DNA of 64,000 nucleotides from Cetorhinus maximus. Its lineage: Eukaryota. How positions within the stretch are numbered: the first letter of the stretch is position 1; every line of letters starts with the position of its first letter. The stretch is taken from NCBI RefSeq assembly GCF_964194155.1, contig NC_135883.1, positions 91,512,001-91,576,000 of the forward strand, written 5' to 3'. This document shows positions 13,381-26,678 of the stretch, in pieces. The translations under genes were made by a program, and so were the position numbers. The notes below the pieces were generated by a model that made no database searches, had not been told where the DNA came from, and was given only the letters and a program-made list of their open reading frames with translations.

Positions 13381-14342
13381 TGGGCCCAAACCACCTTCAG
13401 CTGCTTCATCAATGATCTTCCTTCCATCATAAGGTCAGAAGTGGGGATGTTCGCTGATGATTGCACAATGGTCAGCACCATTTGTGACTCTGCCGAAACT
13501 GAAGCTGTCCATGTTCAAATACAGCAAGACCTGGACAATATCCAGGCTTGGGCTGAGAAGTGGCAAGTAACATTTGCGTCACACAAGTGCCAAGCAATGA
13601 CCATCTCCAACAAGAGAGAATCCAACCATCGCCCCTTGACATTCACTGAATCCCCCACTATAAACATCCTGGGGGTTACCATTGACCAGATACTGAACTG
13701 GACTAGCCATATAAATATGTGGCTACACGAGCACGTCAGAAGCTAGGAATCCTGTGGTGAGTAGCTCACCTCCTGACTTCCCAAAGCCTGTCCACCATCT
13801 ACAAGCCACAAGTCGGGAATGCGATGGAATACTCTCCACTTGCCTGGATGAGTGCAGCTCCAACAACACTCAAGAAGCTTGACACCAACTAGGCTAAAGC
13901 AGCCTCCTTGATTGGCACCATATCAACAAACATTCAGTCCCTCCACCACAGACACACGGTTGCAGCAGTGTGTACCATCTATAAGATGCACTGAAGGAAT
14001 TCACCAAAGCTCCTTCAACAGCATCTTCCAAACCCACGACCACTACCATCTAGAAGGACAAGGGCAGCAGACAGAAGGGAACACCACCACCTGGAAGCTC
14101 CCCCCCCAAGCCACTCACCATCCTGACTTGGAAACTTGGAAATATATTGCCATTCCTTCACTGTCACTGGGTCAAAATCCTGGAACTCCCTCGCTAACAG
14201 CACTGTGGGTGTACCTACACCACATGGACTGCAGCTGTTCAAGAAGGCAGCTCACCACCACTTTCTCAAGGGCAGTTAGGGATGGGCAATAAATGCTGGC
14301 CTAACCAGTGACACTCATATCCCGTGAACGAATAAAAAAAAA
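13381..14342 (+). mobile_element. 5'-truncated LINE of the second family (RT core to A tail), inserted in a palindromic MITE (13307-14450)
   Basis: FSCFINDLPSIIRSEVGMFADDCT RT motif, family tail and A-run. The flanks ggagtaaatttacctctcccc and ggggaaagttaaaatttacccc are inverted ends. Confidence 0.8.
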
Positions 14343-14950
14343 CGATACACTTTTCAATCCATTGAAATCAATGGCATGAAGATCAGGAAAGTTCTACATT
14401 AGGCGATCCTGCCAGATCACAGTCCAGGTGGGGAAAGTTAAAATTTACCCCTTTGTAAGATGAGTCCTGATATGAATCACTAAGCTGTTTAATTTCCATA
14501 CAGAGCATCAGTTATGATTGGATTTGTTTAATTTGATCAGTAATAATATAAAAATAATAAACACACCACACTCTCACCATGTACATGACTTAAAAGAAAT
14601 AACTTACTACCTTTTCTGTGCTCACTTTCTGATTCTCACCAATTCTTGCTGTTGAGGGTTTCTGTTAAGAGCTAGGCTGACTGCCTGTGTCTCTATCTTA
14701 TTTCAATGTGTTCACAAACTGAAAGAAGGGCCTATAGCAGACACCCACTGCCAAGTGCCAGAGTCAAAGTGCTTCCCAGTGCAACAGCAACAATTTGCAT
14801 TTACATAGGGCCTTTTACATAGTAAAGTATCCCAATAGGTGTGAGGCATTTATTGATTTCTAACAGAAGCCAATACACTCCTAATTGCTTGCAGTACTGG
14901 GGGAAATCATCATTTTAACCACCTTTTGTCTCAGCGCTTTTTTATGTATA

Positions 14951-15359
14951 CCGTAAATTGTGGCATATAAGTCAAAATGGCATATAGGGTGGCCGGCCCC
15001 CAAAAATTATATATTTGCTTATACTTGGTGTATAAGTCGATCCTGCTTTTCAGCCATGACATGCTTTAGCCACATTAGCATTTAGCCTCAATTTTGTACC
15101 CGACAAATGCATGCTTTACTTACTGGTTTCTTATAACTAGGCACAAGGGATCAAACAGGTGATACGGGCTATGTTGCAAAGATGCATGGGAGTTTAAGAC
15201 ATGCCCACGCTTTGTGTCAGATGCCAATGACATTTCAAAATGGTGACCACCTACGCTCACACTAGCAATTCACTTTTATACAGGGCTTATAAATCGACCC
15301 CTTTTTTTGGATGGATTTTTCAAGGCATCAGAGATTGACTTACACGCGAACATCTATGG
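14951..15359. mobile_element. Tc1/mariner (pogo-like) MITE
   Basis: TA|CCGTAAATTGTGGCATATAAGTC ... GACTTACACGCGAACATCTATGG|TA gives imperfect TIRs and a TA TSD, with repeated tataagtcga subterminal motifs. Confidence 0.65.
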
Positions 15360-17145
15360 TACATGCATTCACTTTTACTCAAGACCTCAACATTTAAAAG
15401 TCACTTTTCTTTTCAAAGTCCTGCTATGTAAAAAGGTCCTCAAGCACGGCGCACCCAAATAATTGTGGGTAGTTTGGCCTAACTATGTAAATGTGCCTGT
15501 TGCTGTGATTTTGAGCAAGATGCATGCATGTCAACAGAATGAGACTCTCAGAATTGTGTGCTCTATTTTTGTTACATAACATACAGATACATGATTCTTT
15601 AAGCCTGAATGTTACACAATGTCATGATATAATTATATTGACAATTAGATTTCAAGGCTACTGTCTTCATGAACAAGTGTTTAGGAAATCTTTCCTTATT
15701 TGTTTGCAGACACATGTTGTAATGTCTTGTATCATGTTGTACCTCAGATATCTCTGTGCCAAAAATAACACACGATTCATCTGATTGTTTCCTCCCCACC
15801 AAAAGCAAAAAGATTGGACAAACATTTTTCTGACCATAACAGTGTAATGATACTGTTTGGATAAACTAAATGTAATTGCAACATAATTATGATGCTATTA
15901 TGATATGGGAAGACCCACAGAGAACTTAGTTTTTTTGAAGAAGTAGTCATACCAGATTTAGCTATTTAAGTGCATATTGACAAAATTGTTAGAATATTAT
16001 TGGTATGCCTTCGCAGGCTATTTAGGAAGTGATGACAGGATGACAAACTCCTTCCTACTTCAGTGCTCCTAGATTGTAAGCAGATCCCTCCCTCTAACCC
16101 AGGTCAGTGGGTCAGGACCAGAGAGCTAAATAATAGTGGGATAGCTATTTGTGGACAAGTTTAGTAATTATAGCATAAATTTGACTAGGCTGCACACTAT
16201 TCGTTACATTAAGATGTTATCTGGGCAGAATGTCATATAAATTGTTCAGGAAACACAAAAATAATAAGTCAGGGTCTGCTGGGAAAATAATAGTTTAATG
16301 TGCACACTATTATTTCCATTTAAATAACCAAGCAATTTGTGGCGAGGAAGAGATAGGCTGTGAGTTGTGAATTGTCCGAAGTTGCTGGATGATTTCCACA
16401 GCTCACCGTCAACCTCACTTGAGTTTCAGAAAATTGCTGCATTTACATGTTTTTACCAATTCAACTTGTTGGTTGTTGCAGAAGGTTAGGGCTGGTACTT
16501 AACAGCATAATGAGGTTTACGTTCCTGTAATGCCACTCAACCTTGGAGGCTTGGGATGGAAATAAATAATTCAAAACATGGAGTCTTGTTCCTGCAGGTA
16601 GTAAATTGTCCTTTGAGGTGATTTAAATCCAAAATGTTTACTTTTTAAAAAACTTCTTTCTCTCTCTTAATCCAACCTTTCTTCCTCGCCCTTTATTTCT
16701 CTTTCTGTACCTGATTAACTCGTATTCATCCTATTTCTGTCTCTGTCATTCCTCTGTTACCTCTGGACTTGATTATTCTAATGCACTCCTGGCCAGCCTC
16801 CCACGTCCCACCTTGCCTGAATTTGAGGCCATCCAAACCTCGATTGCCCATAAATCTCTTTGGTTCAGGGGATATCCTGTTGGTCCCGCAATTAAAGTCA
16901 CAGATCCCTGGACCTCATTGGGCCATTATCAACTCACTCATGGAAAATAATGTTCCAGCTGAAGGCTGAGGGAAAAGTCGAACTAACAAGGCATGTCACA
17001 AATTGCCCCACCAGCAAAATAATCATTATAATTTCAATAGTTCTTTCTTTGTATGACGATCTGTATGGAAAAATTCCTCGGTACCTGTTAGGTTGACACT
17101 TGCTTTGATTGGCCCTTCAAGGATAACGGTGCTTCATATTTTTGC

Positions 17146-17705
17146 AACAATAACTTGCATTTATATAGCACCTTTAACATAATAGAACATCCCAAGGTGC
17201 TTCAGAGGAGCATTGTAAAACATTAAATAAGCTGCATAAGGAGATAGATGACCAAAAACTTGGTCAAATAAGGAGGTTTTAAGGGGCATCATGAGGCATG
17301 GAGGAGGGATAGAGAGAGAAAGGTTGAGAGAGGCAATTCCAGAATGTAGGGCCTTGGCAGCTGAATGCATGGCTACCAATGGTGGAGTGATTAAAATCGG
17401 GGATACTCAAGAGGCCTGAATTAGAGCAGTGCAGATAATTCAGAGGTTTGTGGAGCTGGAGGGGAGAGGCTATGGACGAATTTTGTAAACAAGGATGAGA
17501 CTTCAGGCATTGCATAAACAGGAGGCAATGTATGTTAGTGAACATTAGATGATGGATGAACAGGACTTGGTGTAGCCTAGGAGAAGGGCGATCGAGATTT
17601 GGATGACCCCAAGTTCAGGCAGGGTGGGACGTGGGAGGCTGACCAGGAGCGCATTAGAATAATCAGGTCCACAGGTAACAAAAGCATGAATGTGCATTTC
17701 AGCTG
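17146..17705 (-). mobile_element. L2-like LINE 3' fragment
   Basis: The minus strand ends ...cttgggatgttctattatgttaaaggtgctatataaatgcaagttattgttg. Related tails occur at about 14790, 21600, 37100, 45400 and 59930. Confidence 0.6.
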
Positions 17706-18126
17706 ATTCAATCATTGGTTATTTAAATTGTATAATTTGTATCTCAGCAAATTCTAAATTAATTTTCTAACAATAGAGTTCTTCCAGCGACACTGTGGGC
17801 AAATAAACTGTAATGCCTAAATGTGCATGAACAAGTTTAATTAACAAGAGGCATGTATGAGATGCCTTGCTCCTGCAATATCTATCATATTAATTCAAAC
17901 ATGTTGTTTGAGTCATATTATGGTGCTATTTTCCACATTGTTACAGTCCTGCACCATCTTACCTACAATTTCCGTTATTCTGCATATTAGCTGATCTCTT
18001 TGCTCATCAGCAGAGCTGTCTGCATCTCTTTTACTCTATTTTTGCCACTCCCTTTTTACCATGCTGTTTTTCTTCCACTTGCCAAGGCTTTTTCTCTCTA
18101 CAGCCCTCACAGATCTTGACATCATA

Positions 18127-18830
18127 GGGATGGATTTTATGCTTTCCCCGCTAAAAAGCTGGAGTGGAGTCCCACCCACTGTCCCCACCCCCATACCCCC
18201 CCCCCCCCCCCCCATTCCCCCCGTACCCCGTTTCCCCCGCAGCCATTTACTGATTGATTTGTTGTAATAGGCTGAAGGTGGGATTTCTAACCTTCAGGAA
18301 CAGCAAGTCCCGCCTCAGAGCGCTGCTGGCCAATCAGATGCCAGCACCTCCCCAGTACCAGCAATGCTACTGGGAGCGGTGCAAAGTGTTTGGGGGCCTT
18401 GCAGGAGCATGCTGGCAGGCCCCGTCAAGGGGGATGATGGTTGCTGTTTGAAAGGCCATGGGGGGAGGAGAACCTTGGTGGGGATAACGCTTTGGGAAGT
18501 CCCTCTGATGGGCCCAGGGGACATAGTAATGAAGGAAACCCCCTCTCCGCCACTCACCACCAGCCCACGCAGGAAACCTACTGGACTGGCCACTTGGCAT
18601 GAACCTCTTCTGCCGTTGGTTAAATCCCAGTGGCAGCGGCACCACCAACCTCATGGAGGATGAAGTCTTAAGTGGGCATTAATTGCCCACTTAAGGGCCT
18701 CAGTTGACCCACTGGCAGGCAGGGGCCACCCTTGCTGCTGGTAAAATTGCAGTGGAGGCAGGGGCAGGTTGGTAGGCAGTGGGCAGGCTGACCATTAGAT
18801 TTTATGTGTCCCTGCCTTTAAATCCACTAG
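18127..18830. mobile_element. Degenerate GC-rich Harbinger-like non-autonomous element
   Basis: Starts gggatggattttatg and contains the internal palindrome cttaagtgggcattaattgcccacttaag, similar to motifs in the other MITEs. Confidence 0.45.
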
Positions 18831-20114
18831 CAGATTGCTTTTGCTTTTACTCATTCGTCCCTTTGTTATCTAAGAAAAATGGGCAGAGTCATTTTTCAAA
18901 AAGATCTACATGACCTTGTTGTGAGCTGGTTAGAGTTTCTATGGCAACAGTCGTGGGTACTGCTGTAAATATTCTTTTTCAGCTAATATGTTTGCATATT
19001 TAGAATAGTTAGTTGACCTAATTCAATTCCTGGAAATTGCTCTATCACCCATGCTGACTGAGACATTGGAGGCATGTGTTTCTCTTTAAATGCTTTCTTG
19101 TTTTCCATGATAAAGTAATGTCCTAAGGCATGGACTAAAGCCCTCGGCTCCCTTGTGTTACCAACTGAGACACACCATCTGTGCTTTCTCGGAGAGTCTC
19201 CCTTGTGCCTTATTTTCTGTCACGGTACTGCCTGTTCTCTAGAGGCTTGAAACATAGGCCCAGATCTTCGCAGGGACAGGAGGATTGCCAGCTCCGCAGA
19301 CCCGCTGGAATTAGAAGTGGTGAGTGGTCGGAGACAAGCCCAGTGGGGATCGATGTCTCAGGCACAGATAAAAAGTGAGCCTTCTGAAAGGCCCATTTGG
19401 GAGGTTGGTTGTTAATAGTGAACCTGAGCCTGGAGGGGACTTTATTGCCTTATCAGGTTGAGTGTCAAAGATACAAAAGTGAATGAGAGCATTGTAACCT
19501 GAATGGCTCCCAACCCTTTTCGCTTTACATTTTTATTCCTAGAATGCCACACTGAGGGCACATGGGGGGGGAAAGGATGGGTCCAGCTGCCCCATGCTTT
19601 TGTGACCAGGACCTCCACCTACGCACTCACCCACCTACTTACCCACTTACTTCACCCACCCTACCCACTCTACACGCTTACCCACCTCACCCACTTATAT
19701 ACCTTTCTACCCATCTCACCCACCCCACCCACTTACCCCACAAACCTCATCGACGCTACCCAGCTACCCACCTCATCCAGCCTATCCACTTACCATTCAC
19801 TCATTCATCCACTCACCCATTCACTAACATTGAAAGACTGGACATGTACACTTACCATTTGGCTGCTAGTTCTGTAAAAAAAAAAAGTGTGTGTCCTGTC
19901 TCCCCTAACTCTGCTCTGGGAAAGCCAGGCTCTGAAGGTCCCGGAAGAAATGCAGAGCAGTGTCAAGTCGGCGAAATTTACAAGTGCAATGACAATCCCA
20001 CATTTATTGCCGCTGCTGAGAAGATCCAGGGCATTATGTCCAGAAAAAGGCCACCCAAGTTGGCATTTCATTCTTGTGTCTTCTGCTTGAATGTGAGGTT
20101 ATTCACCTTGGTTA

Positions 20115-20884
20115 TAAGAATAGAGAAAGCATAATATTTTCCAAATGGTGTGAAACTTGTAAATGTTGATGCTCAGAGAGACTTGAGTATACTTGTACAA
20201 AGAACACAAAAATTAGCACGCAGATAAAGCAAACAATTAGGAAAGCAAATGGCATGTTGGTCTTTATTGCAAGGGGATTGGAGTATAAGAATAAAGAAGT
20301 TTTGCTACAATTGTAGAGCTTTGCTAAGACCACATCTAGATTAGTGTGTGCAGCTTTAGCCTCCATATTTAAGGAAGAATATACTTGCATTGGAGGCAGT
20401 ACAGCAAAGATCCACTAGATTGATCCTTGGGATAATGTCCTGTGATGAGAGGCTGAGTAAATTGGGTCTGTTTTCTCTGGAGTTTAGAAGAATGACAGGT
20501 GGTCTCATTGAAACATTCAAGATTATGAAGTGGCTTGACAGGGTAGATACTGATAGGTTGTTTTCCTAACTGCGAAATCTAGAACAAGGGGACACGGTTT
20601 CAGAGTAAGGGGCCGGTCATTTAGGACTGAGATGAGGTGAAATTTCTTCACTCAAAGGGTTGTGAATCTTTGGAATTCTCTACCCCAGAAGGTTGTGGAT
20701 GCACCATCATTGAATATATTTAAGGCTGAGATAGACAGATTTTTGGTCTCTCAGGAAATCAAGGGTTACGGGAATGGGTGGGAAAATGGAGTTGAAGCCC
20801 AAGATCAATTATGATTATATTGAAAAGTGAAGTAAGCTCGAGGGGCCGTATGGTTTTCTCTTGCTCCCATTTCATATGTTCTTA
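20115..20884 (+). mobile_element. CR1/HER1-type LINE 3' fragment
   Basis: Decayed ORF2 C-terminus and 3' UTR, similar to 55850-56650. Confidence 0.8.
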
Positions 20885-21409
20885 GAGCCTCAAGTGCGTT
20901 ATTGTGTTTTATGCCTTAGAGATAAGCAGAGATGACACATATCAGTTTCTATATGTGAACAGGACTTTATTGCAAAAACGTTTTAAAAATGTCTGCACCT
21001 ACTACCTTACTTTCAGTTTCTCTTTCTCTGGAACCATACCTATAGGCTTAACTATTAGCACACGGCATAGAAAAAAGGTCAACAGGCACACACAACCAAA
21101 CACTGAACAATTGAACACAACAGGCATTACATGCAGACCAATACCTGATTGACTTGTCCTTTCTCATGGAAGCAGCAAAAGGCTTGATAGAGCACAGAAG
21201 GAAGACAAAGGAGATAGGATAATCTTACTTGGCTCCTGATTTTATTGAAACACTTTCCGATTTTCACCCCTTGATTAATGCTACGCTACTGATGGCTGTT
21301 CCCTCCCCAACTCCATTTTTGAGAGCATGTCCATCTTGCTTGTCTGTGATATTCTATCAAAGGTCTTTTCTTGGTCCAAGGTGATGAAATAGGTGTCAAC
21401 TCTCTGCAC

Positions 21410-21662
21410 ATTATTGTGCATTCAGCTGCCTTGGTCCAAAGCTCTGGAATTCCCTCCCTATACCTCTCCACCTCTCTACCTTGCTTTCTTCCTTTAAGTC
21501 TATCCTTAAAATCTATCTCTTTGATCAAGCTTTTGGTCATCTGACCTAATATCTCCATATCAAGCTCAGTGTCATATTTTCTTTTATAATGCCTCTGTGA
21601 AGCATCTTGGGATGTTTTATTACATAAAAGGCGTGATATAAGCATGAGTTGTTGTTGTTGTT
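21410..21662 (+). mobile_element. L2-like LINE 3' tail
   Basis: ctctggaattccctccct...gtgaagcatcttgggatgttttattacataaaaggc...(gtt)n. Confidence 0.6.
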
Positions 21663-22290
21663 ATCCTTGAGGATTGGAAGGCTATCTGAGGTCTTTCCAG
21701 ATATGGCACTGGACTGATCTGGGTGGATTACCAGTTCCACAGCAGACAAGACTCGATTGGAGATGACTTGGACAGAATTTTGAATTCCGTGTTAAACAGT
21801 GTAACGGGCTGTCAATTTCTGATCTCTTCTCTCTCCCCTTTCTAATTGTCGATGAGGGTGATGTTGCGTACACATTGATTAGACAGAGCGTGTTTTTGTA
21901 CAGGACATATCCTTTGAGGAGGAACCACCTCCTTGACTTTGTTGATGGTAAAGTTGACTCACTGCCGCAGAATACTCAGACTGGAGATTGGCAACCATTG
22001 CCTTCTGACCAGCTTGATGGCCCATGGTGGCCACCATCGCAACAACTGCTGGTAGGTGTGATAAGCTTTGCTTCTGCAAGAACAGCAGGTCAGCCTTGAC
22101 CTTGGTGAGACAACAGAGTTGAAACACATTGCTTAGTTTACACTAATAATATTGATAGACGCATTCTTTAAACCCACTGAGAAAAAATGGTCGTCCAAAG
22201 TCCCATCACAGAAGTCAGTTCTGGTGTTCCCAGCCCTTAGATCTGTTCCTGCATTCCCAAGGTCTGCATGAACTGTTTCACTATATCCAG
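21663..22290 (-). mobile_element. L1/Tx1-clade RT remnant
   Basis: The minus-strand peptide ELVIHPDQSSAISGKTSDSLPILKD resembles the Tx1/L1 RT 'IHPDQ' region. It is heavily decayed. Confidence 0.5.
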
Positions 22291-24319
22291 GCTGAGATGA
22301 CGCACACCAGTTTCTGTATGTGCACAGGACTTAATTGCAAAAACTTTTTAAAAATGTCTGTACCTACTAGCTTACTTTCAGTTTCTCTTTCTCTATAACC
22401 ACACCCATAGGCTTCACTAATAGCACACAGAATAGAGAACAGTCAACAGACACACACAATCAAACACCAAACCATTGAACACAACAGTCTTAGTCTCTCT
22501 GGGGATTCTGTTCTGCTAGATTGACGTTGGCAGTGTCTTGTAAGGAAGACCCTCGGCAGTTTTATGCTGTGAAGATTGATGATGGCTTTTTCCTAAGATG
22601 TTCTGCATCTGTGGTCATGTTGTTACTGGCTCCCAAGAGCTGGTTTTTGCTCTTTATGTCACTGCTCCCAGTGGTTAGAGCCATGAGAAGGCAAGGATGT
22701 GGAAATACATGATGGCTCACAAGAAATTAAATTTCAATACCAACTTGCCACCTTAAAGTTACCAAGATAGATTTAGCATGTAAATTGGTCATTAACAGCA
22801 CCACCTTCAGGCATAAATAGTATTGCAGATACATATTGACATTTCCACAATTTTTTTTACTAAACAGTAGTTGACATAGGAATTTTTAATGCATTTTGTA
22901 ATGAGATGGTACAACTCATTAACCTTTTTTTATGATAGATAAGTGTGATAGATATAGATATTACTAAAATCCAGCAAAATAAATAACATTTCATATTTTT
23001 CTTCTTAACTGCAGTAAGGAAAGTTCTCAAGTAATCCTTTATTGTAATCATTGTAAACAAGTGAGAGACCACTTTGTAGTTGCCCTTTTAAAAATATTTT
23101 TATAAATCTTGTATCAATAGATTTATGTTAGAAGTATCATTTTTTCAAAGGTGGGAGTACTTTACTTCAGAGTTCCATCAGAAAATAGAGGCTGAATTTT
23201 ATATGGCGGCAGGGATCCTGCCCCCTGCTGTAAATGTCGGGGGCGATCTCACCTCCATTTGGCCAGTTGCCCCACAGCCATTGGATGGTTAATTGGCTTG
23301 TGGTGGGATTTCCTCTTCCATCACTAAGGCAGCATTTCATGCCATTTCAGGTTGGCCTGAGTGCATTAGCAGTCAATCACATAGTTTAGGACTGGCATTA
23401 CATGTAGGGCCAGGCTAGGTAGGGGTGGTGGATTCCTTCCTTGAAAGACATTAAATTAACCTGTAATGTTTTTAGGAGAGACCAGAGCTTTCATGGCCAT
23501 TTCTTTGGAGTGAGACTACAGATAGCCGGATTTATTGAATTCAATTTTGTAAATTGTACTTGGTTATAAATTTACAACCTGGTGCTAGTGCCATATTCAC
23601 CAGGTTATCGTACTTAGAGTGGAGTGTTCACACATCAGTCTGAACCTGTCAGTGCACAAGTCATGAATTCGTATGCTGGGGATTTCCTTGGGACTTTTCT
23701 CATTTGTTTACACCTTGGATACAAAAACAAAGTTTCCACTGAACTTCTGACAAAATTACGACAACAGAGTGGGAGAAGGCCTAAGGCAGTGCTTCCCAAA
23801 GTTTTCCCTACTGTGACCTCATTTTAATACTTGAAAACTGGTATGACCCCTGACTGAGAGTGGGGGGCCAGGGAAGGTGCGGGCGGAGGAGAGTTGTTGA
23901 GCAGAGGGAGGAGTTGTTGAGCAAGGGTGAGTTTGTTGATCAGGGACAAATGGTTTTGTCCATGATAGTTTTGAAGACTCAGATCGACCCCAGAGCTAAG
24001 AATCATGTGAGCATCTGTAAGGGAGCCTCGACACCGATCCAAGGACTGTCCCATCATTCGCCACAGCACACATTCAAAATAACTCTACCAATATAAGCGT
24101 ATCCAAGGAAGCCCGCTATTAGGCAATCAGAGTGCAGAACTGAAAGGCCAATCAGGGCACTGAAAGAATGACCAAACTGGACAGTGAAAAGCTGTCCCAT
24201 TAACGAACCATTTGGGGGAAAAAAAATAATATCCTGACCAGAGACCCCACTCAATTGTCGCCATTTCTGCCTCAAAGCTTGTGAACCCAAACGATCAGCC
24301 AGCGACCCCTCCTCCAGCG

Positions 24320-26678
24320 ACCCGACTCCTACAAGAGAGGGGGTGGTCCTGAACTTAATTTTAGGGAATGAAGCCGGGCAAGTGGTAGAGGTATCAATGG
24401 GGGAGCATTTTGCAGATAGTGATCATAACTCCGTTAGTTTCATGGTTGTTATGGAAAAGGACAAGGATGGGCCAGAAATCAGAGTTCTAAATTGGGGGAA
24501 GGGCTGATTTTAATAATATCACATATGATTTGGCCAGAGTGGACTGGGAGCAGCTACATTTAGGTAAATTTGCGTCAGCAGTGGGACTCATTCCAAAAGG
24601 AAATAGGCAGAGTACAGGGCCAACATATTCCAGTAAAGACAAAGGGTGGGACCAACAAATCCAGGGAACCTTGGATGTTGAGGGATACACAGGATTGGAT
24701 AAAGAGAAAAAGGGAGGTTTATGGCAGATACCGAGGGCTCAAAACAGTGGAAGCCCTGAAGGAGTATAGAATGTGTAGGGGGAAACTTAAAAAGGAAATT
24801 AGGAGAGCAAAAAGGGGGCATGAAAAAATATTGGCAGGTAAAATAAAGGAAAATCCAAAGTTATTTTACAAGTACATTAAGGACAAGCACATTAACTAGG
24901 GAAAGGACCATTAAGGACCATAGTGGTAATTTGTGTGTGGAGCCAGAAGACGTAGGTAGGGTTCTAAATGAATACTTTGTGTCAGTGTTCACAAGTGAGA
25001 GGGACAATGTGGGTATGGAAATCAGGCAAAAGGACTGTGATATAATTAAAGAAATTAGCATAGAAAGGGAGGAGGTTCTAACTAGTCTGGCAGGCTTAAA
25101 AGTAGATAAATCTTCAGGCCCGGATGAAATGTATTCCAGGCTGTTGAGTGAGGCAAGGGAGGAGATAGCAGGAGCGCTGGCAATAATTTTCAATACCTCT
25201 CTGGCCATATGAGAGGTGCCAGAGGACTGGAGGACAGCCAATATGGTACCATTATTCAAGAAGGGAGGAAGGGATAAACCAGGGAACTACAGGCCAGTCA
25301 TTCTAGCCTCAATGGCAGGGAAACTATTGGAAGCAATTCTGAGGGACAAAAGTAATCTACACTTGGAGAGGCAGGGATTAATCAAGGACAGTCAGCATGG
25401 TTGTGTTAAGGGGAGGTCATGTCTGACCAATTTGATTGAATTTTTCGAAGAGGTGACCAGGTGTGTAGATGAGGGCAATGCATTTGACGTAGTCTACTTG
25501 GACTTCAGCAAGGCTTTTGATAAGGTCCTGCATGGGAGACCGATAACAAGGCCTATGGGATCCAAGCTAATTTGGCAAATTGGATCCAGAATTGGCTGAG
25601 TGGCAGGAAGCAGCGATGATGATCAACCAGGTGATGGTTGAGGGGTATTTTTGTGACTGGATACCTGTGTCCAGTGGGGTTCCACAGGGATAGGTGCTGG
25701 GTCCCTTGCTGTTTGTGGCATATATAAACGATTCAGACTTGAATGTAGGAGGGTTGATCAGTAAGTTCGTAGATGATACAAAAATTGGTGGGGTGGTAAA
25801 TAGTGAGGAGGATAGCCTTAGATTACAGGAGGATATAGGCAGGCTGGTCAGATGGGCTGATCAGTGGCAAATGGAATTTAATCCGATAAGTGTGAGGTGA
25901 TGCACTTGGGCAGGACAAACAAGGCATGGGAATATACGATGAATGGAAGGACCCTGGGAAGTACCGAGGATCAGAGGGACCTTGGTGTACATGTCCACCG
26001 ATCCCTTAAGGTAGCCGGACAGGTGGATAAGGTGGTTAAGAAGGCATTTGGGATACTTTTCTTTATTAGGTGAGGCATAGAATATAAGAGCAGGGAGGTT
26101 ATGCTGGAACTGTATAAAACGCTGGTTAGGCCACAGCTAGAGTATTGTGTGCAGTTCTAGAATCCTCATTATAGGAAGGATATGATTGCATTAGAGAGTG
26201 CAGAGGAGATTTACAAGGATGTTACCTGGGCTGGAGAGTTTTAGTTATGAGGAGGGATTGGATAGACTAGGGTTATTTTCCCTGGAGCAGAGGAGATTGA
26301 GAGGGGACATGATTGAGGTGTATAAAATTATGAGGGGCATAGATAGGGTAGACAGGAAGGAACGTTTCCCCTTGGTGGAGGGATCAATAACCAGGGGGCA
26401 TAGATTCATAGTAAGGGGCAGGAGGTTTAGAGGGGATGTGAGGAAGAATATTTTCAGAGGGTGGTGGGAATCTGGAACTGTCTGAAAGGGTGGTAGAGGC
26501 AGAAACGCTCATAACATTTAAGAAGTATTTGGATGTGCACTTGCGTTGCCATGGCATACAAGGCTATGGGCCTAGTGCTGGAAAATGGGATTAGAATAGT
26601 TAGGTACTTGTTTGACCGGTGCAAACTCGATGGGCCGAAGGGCCATTTTCTGTGCTGTAGACCTCTATGACTCTATGA
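24320..26678 (+). mobile_element. 5'-truncated CR1 LINE (ORF2 remnant ~2.3 kb)
   Basis: Frameshifted ORF2 with PEDWRTAN.VPLFKKG...GNYRPV, KGRSCLTNLIEFFEEVT, VYLDFSKAFDKV, SKFVDDTK and RRLRGDMIEVYKIM, then a 3' UTR with a (ctatgact) tail. Confidence 0.92.

Larger units (their letters stand above)
20929..22487 (+). repeat. ~195-bp direct repeat pair (20929-21123 and 22294-22487)
   Basis: gagatgacacatatcagtttctatatgtgaacaggactttattgcaaaaac...ttgaacacaacag is repeated with scattered substitutions. Confidence 0.85.
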
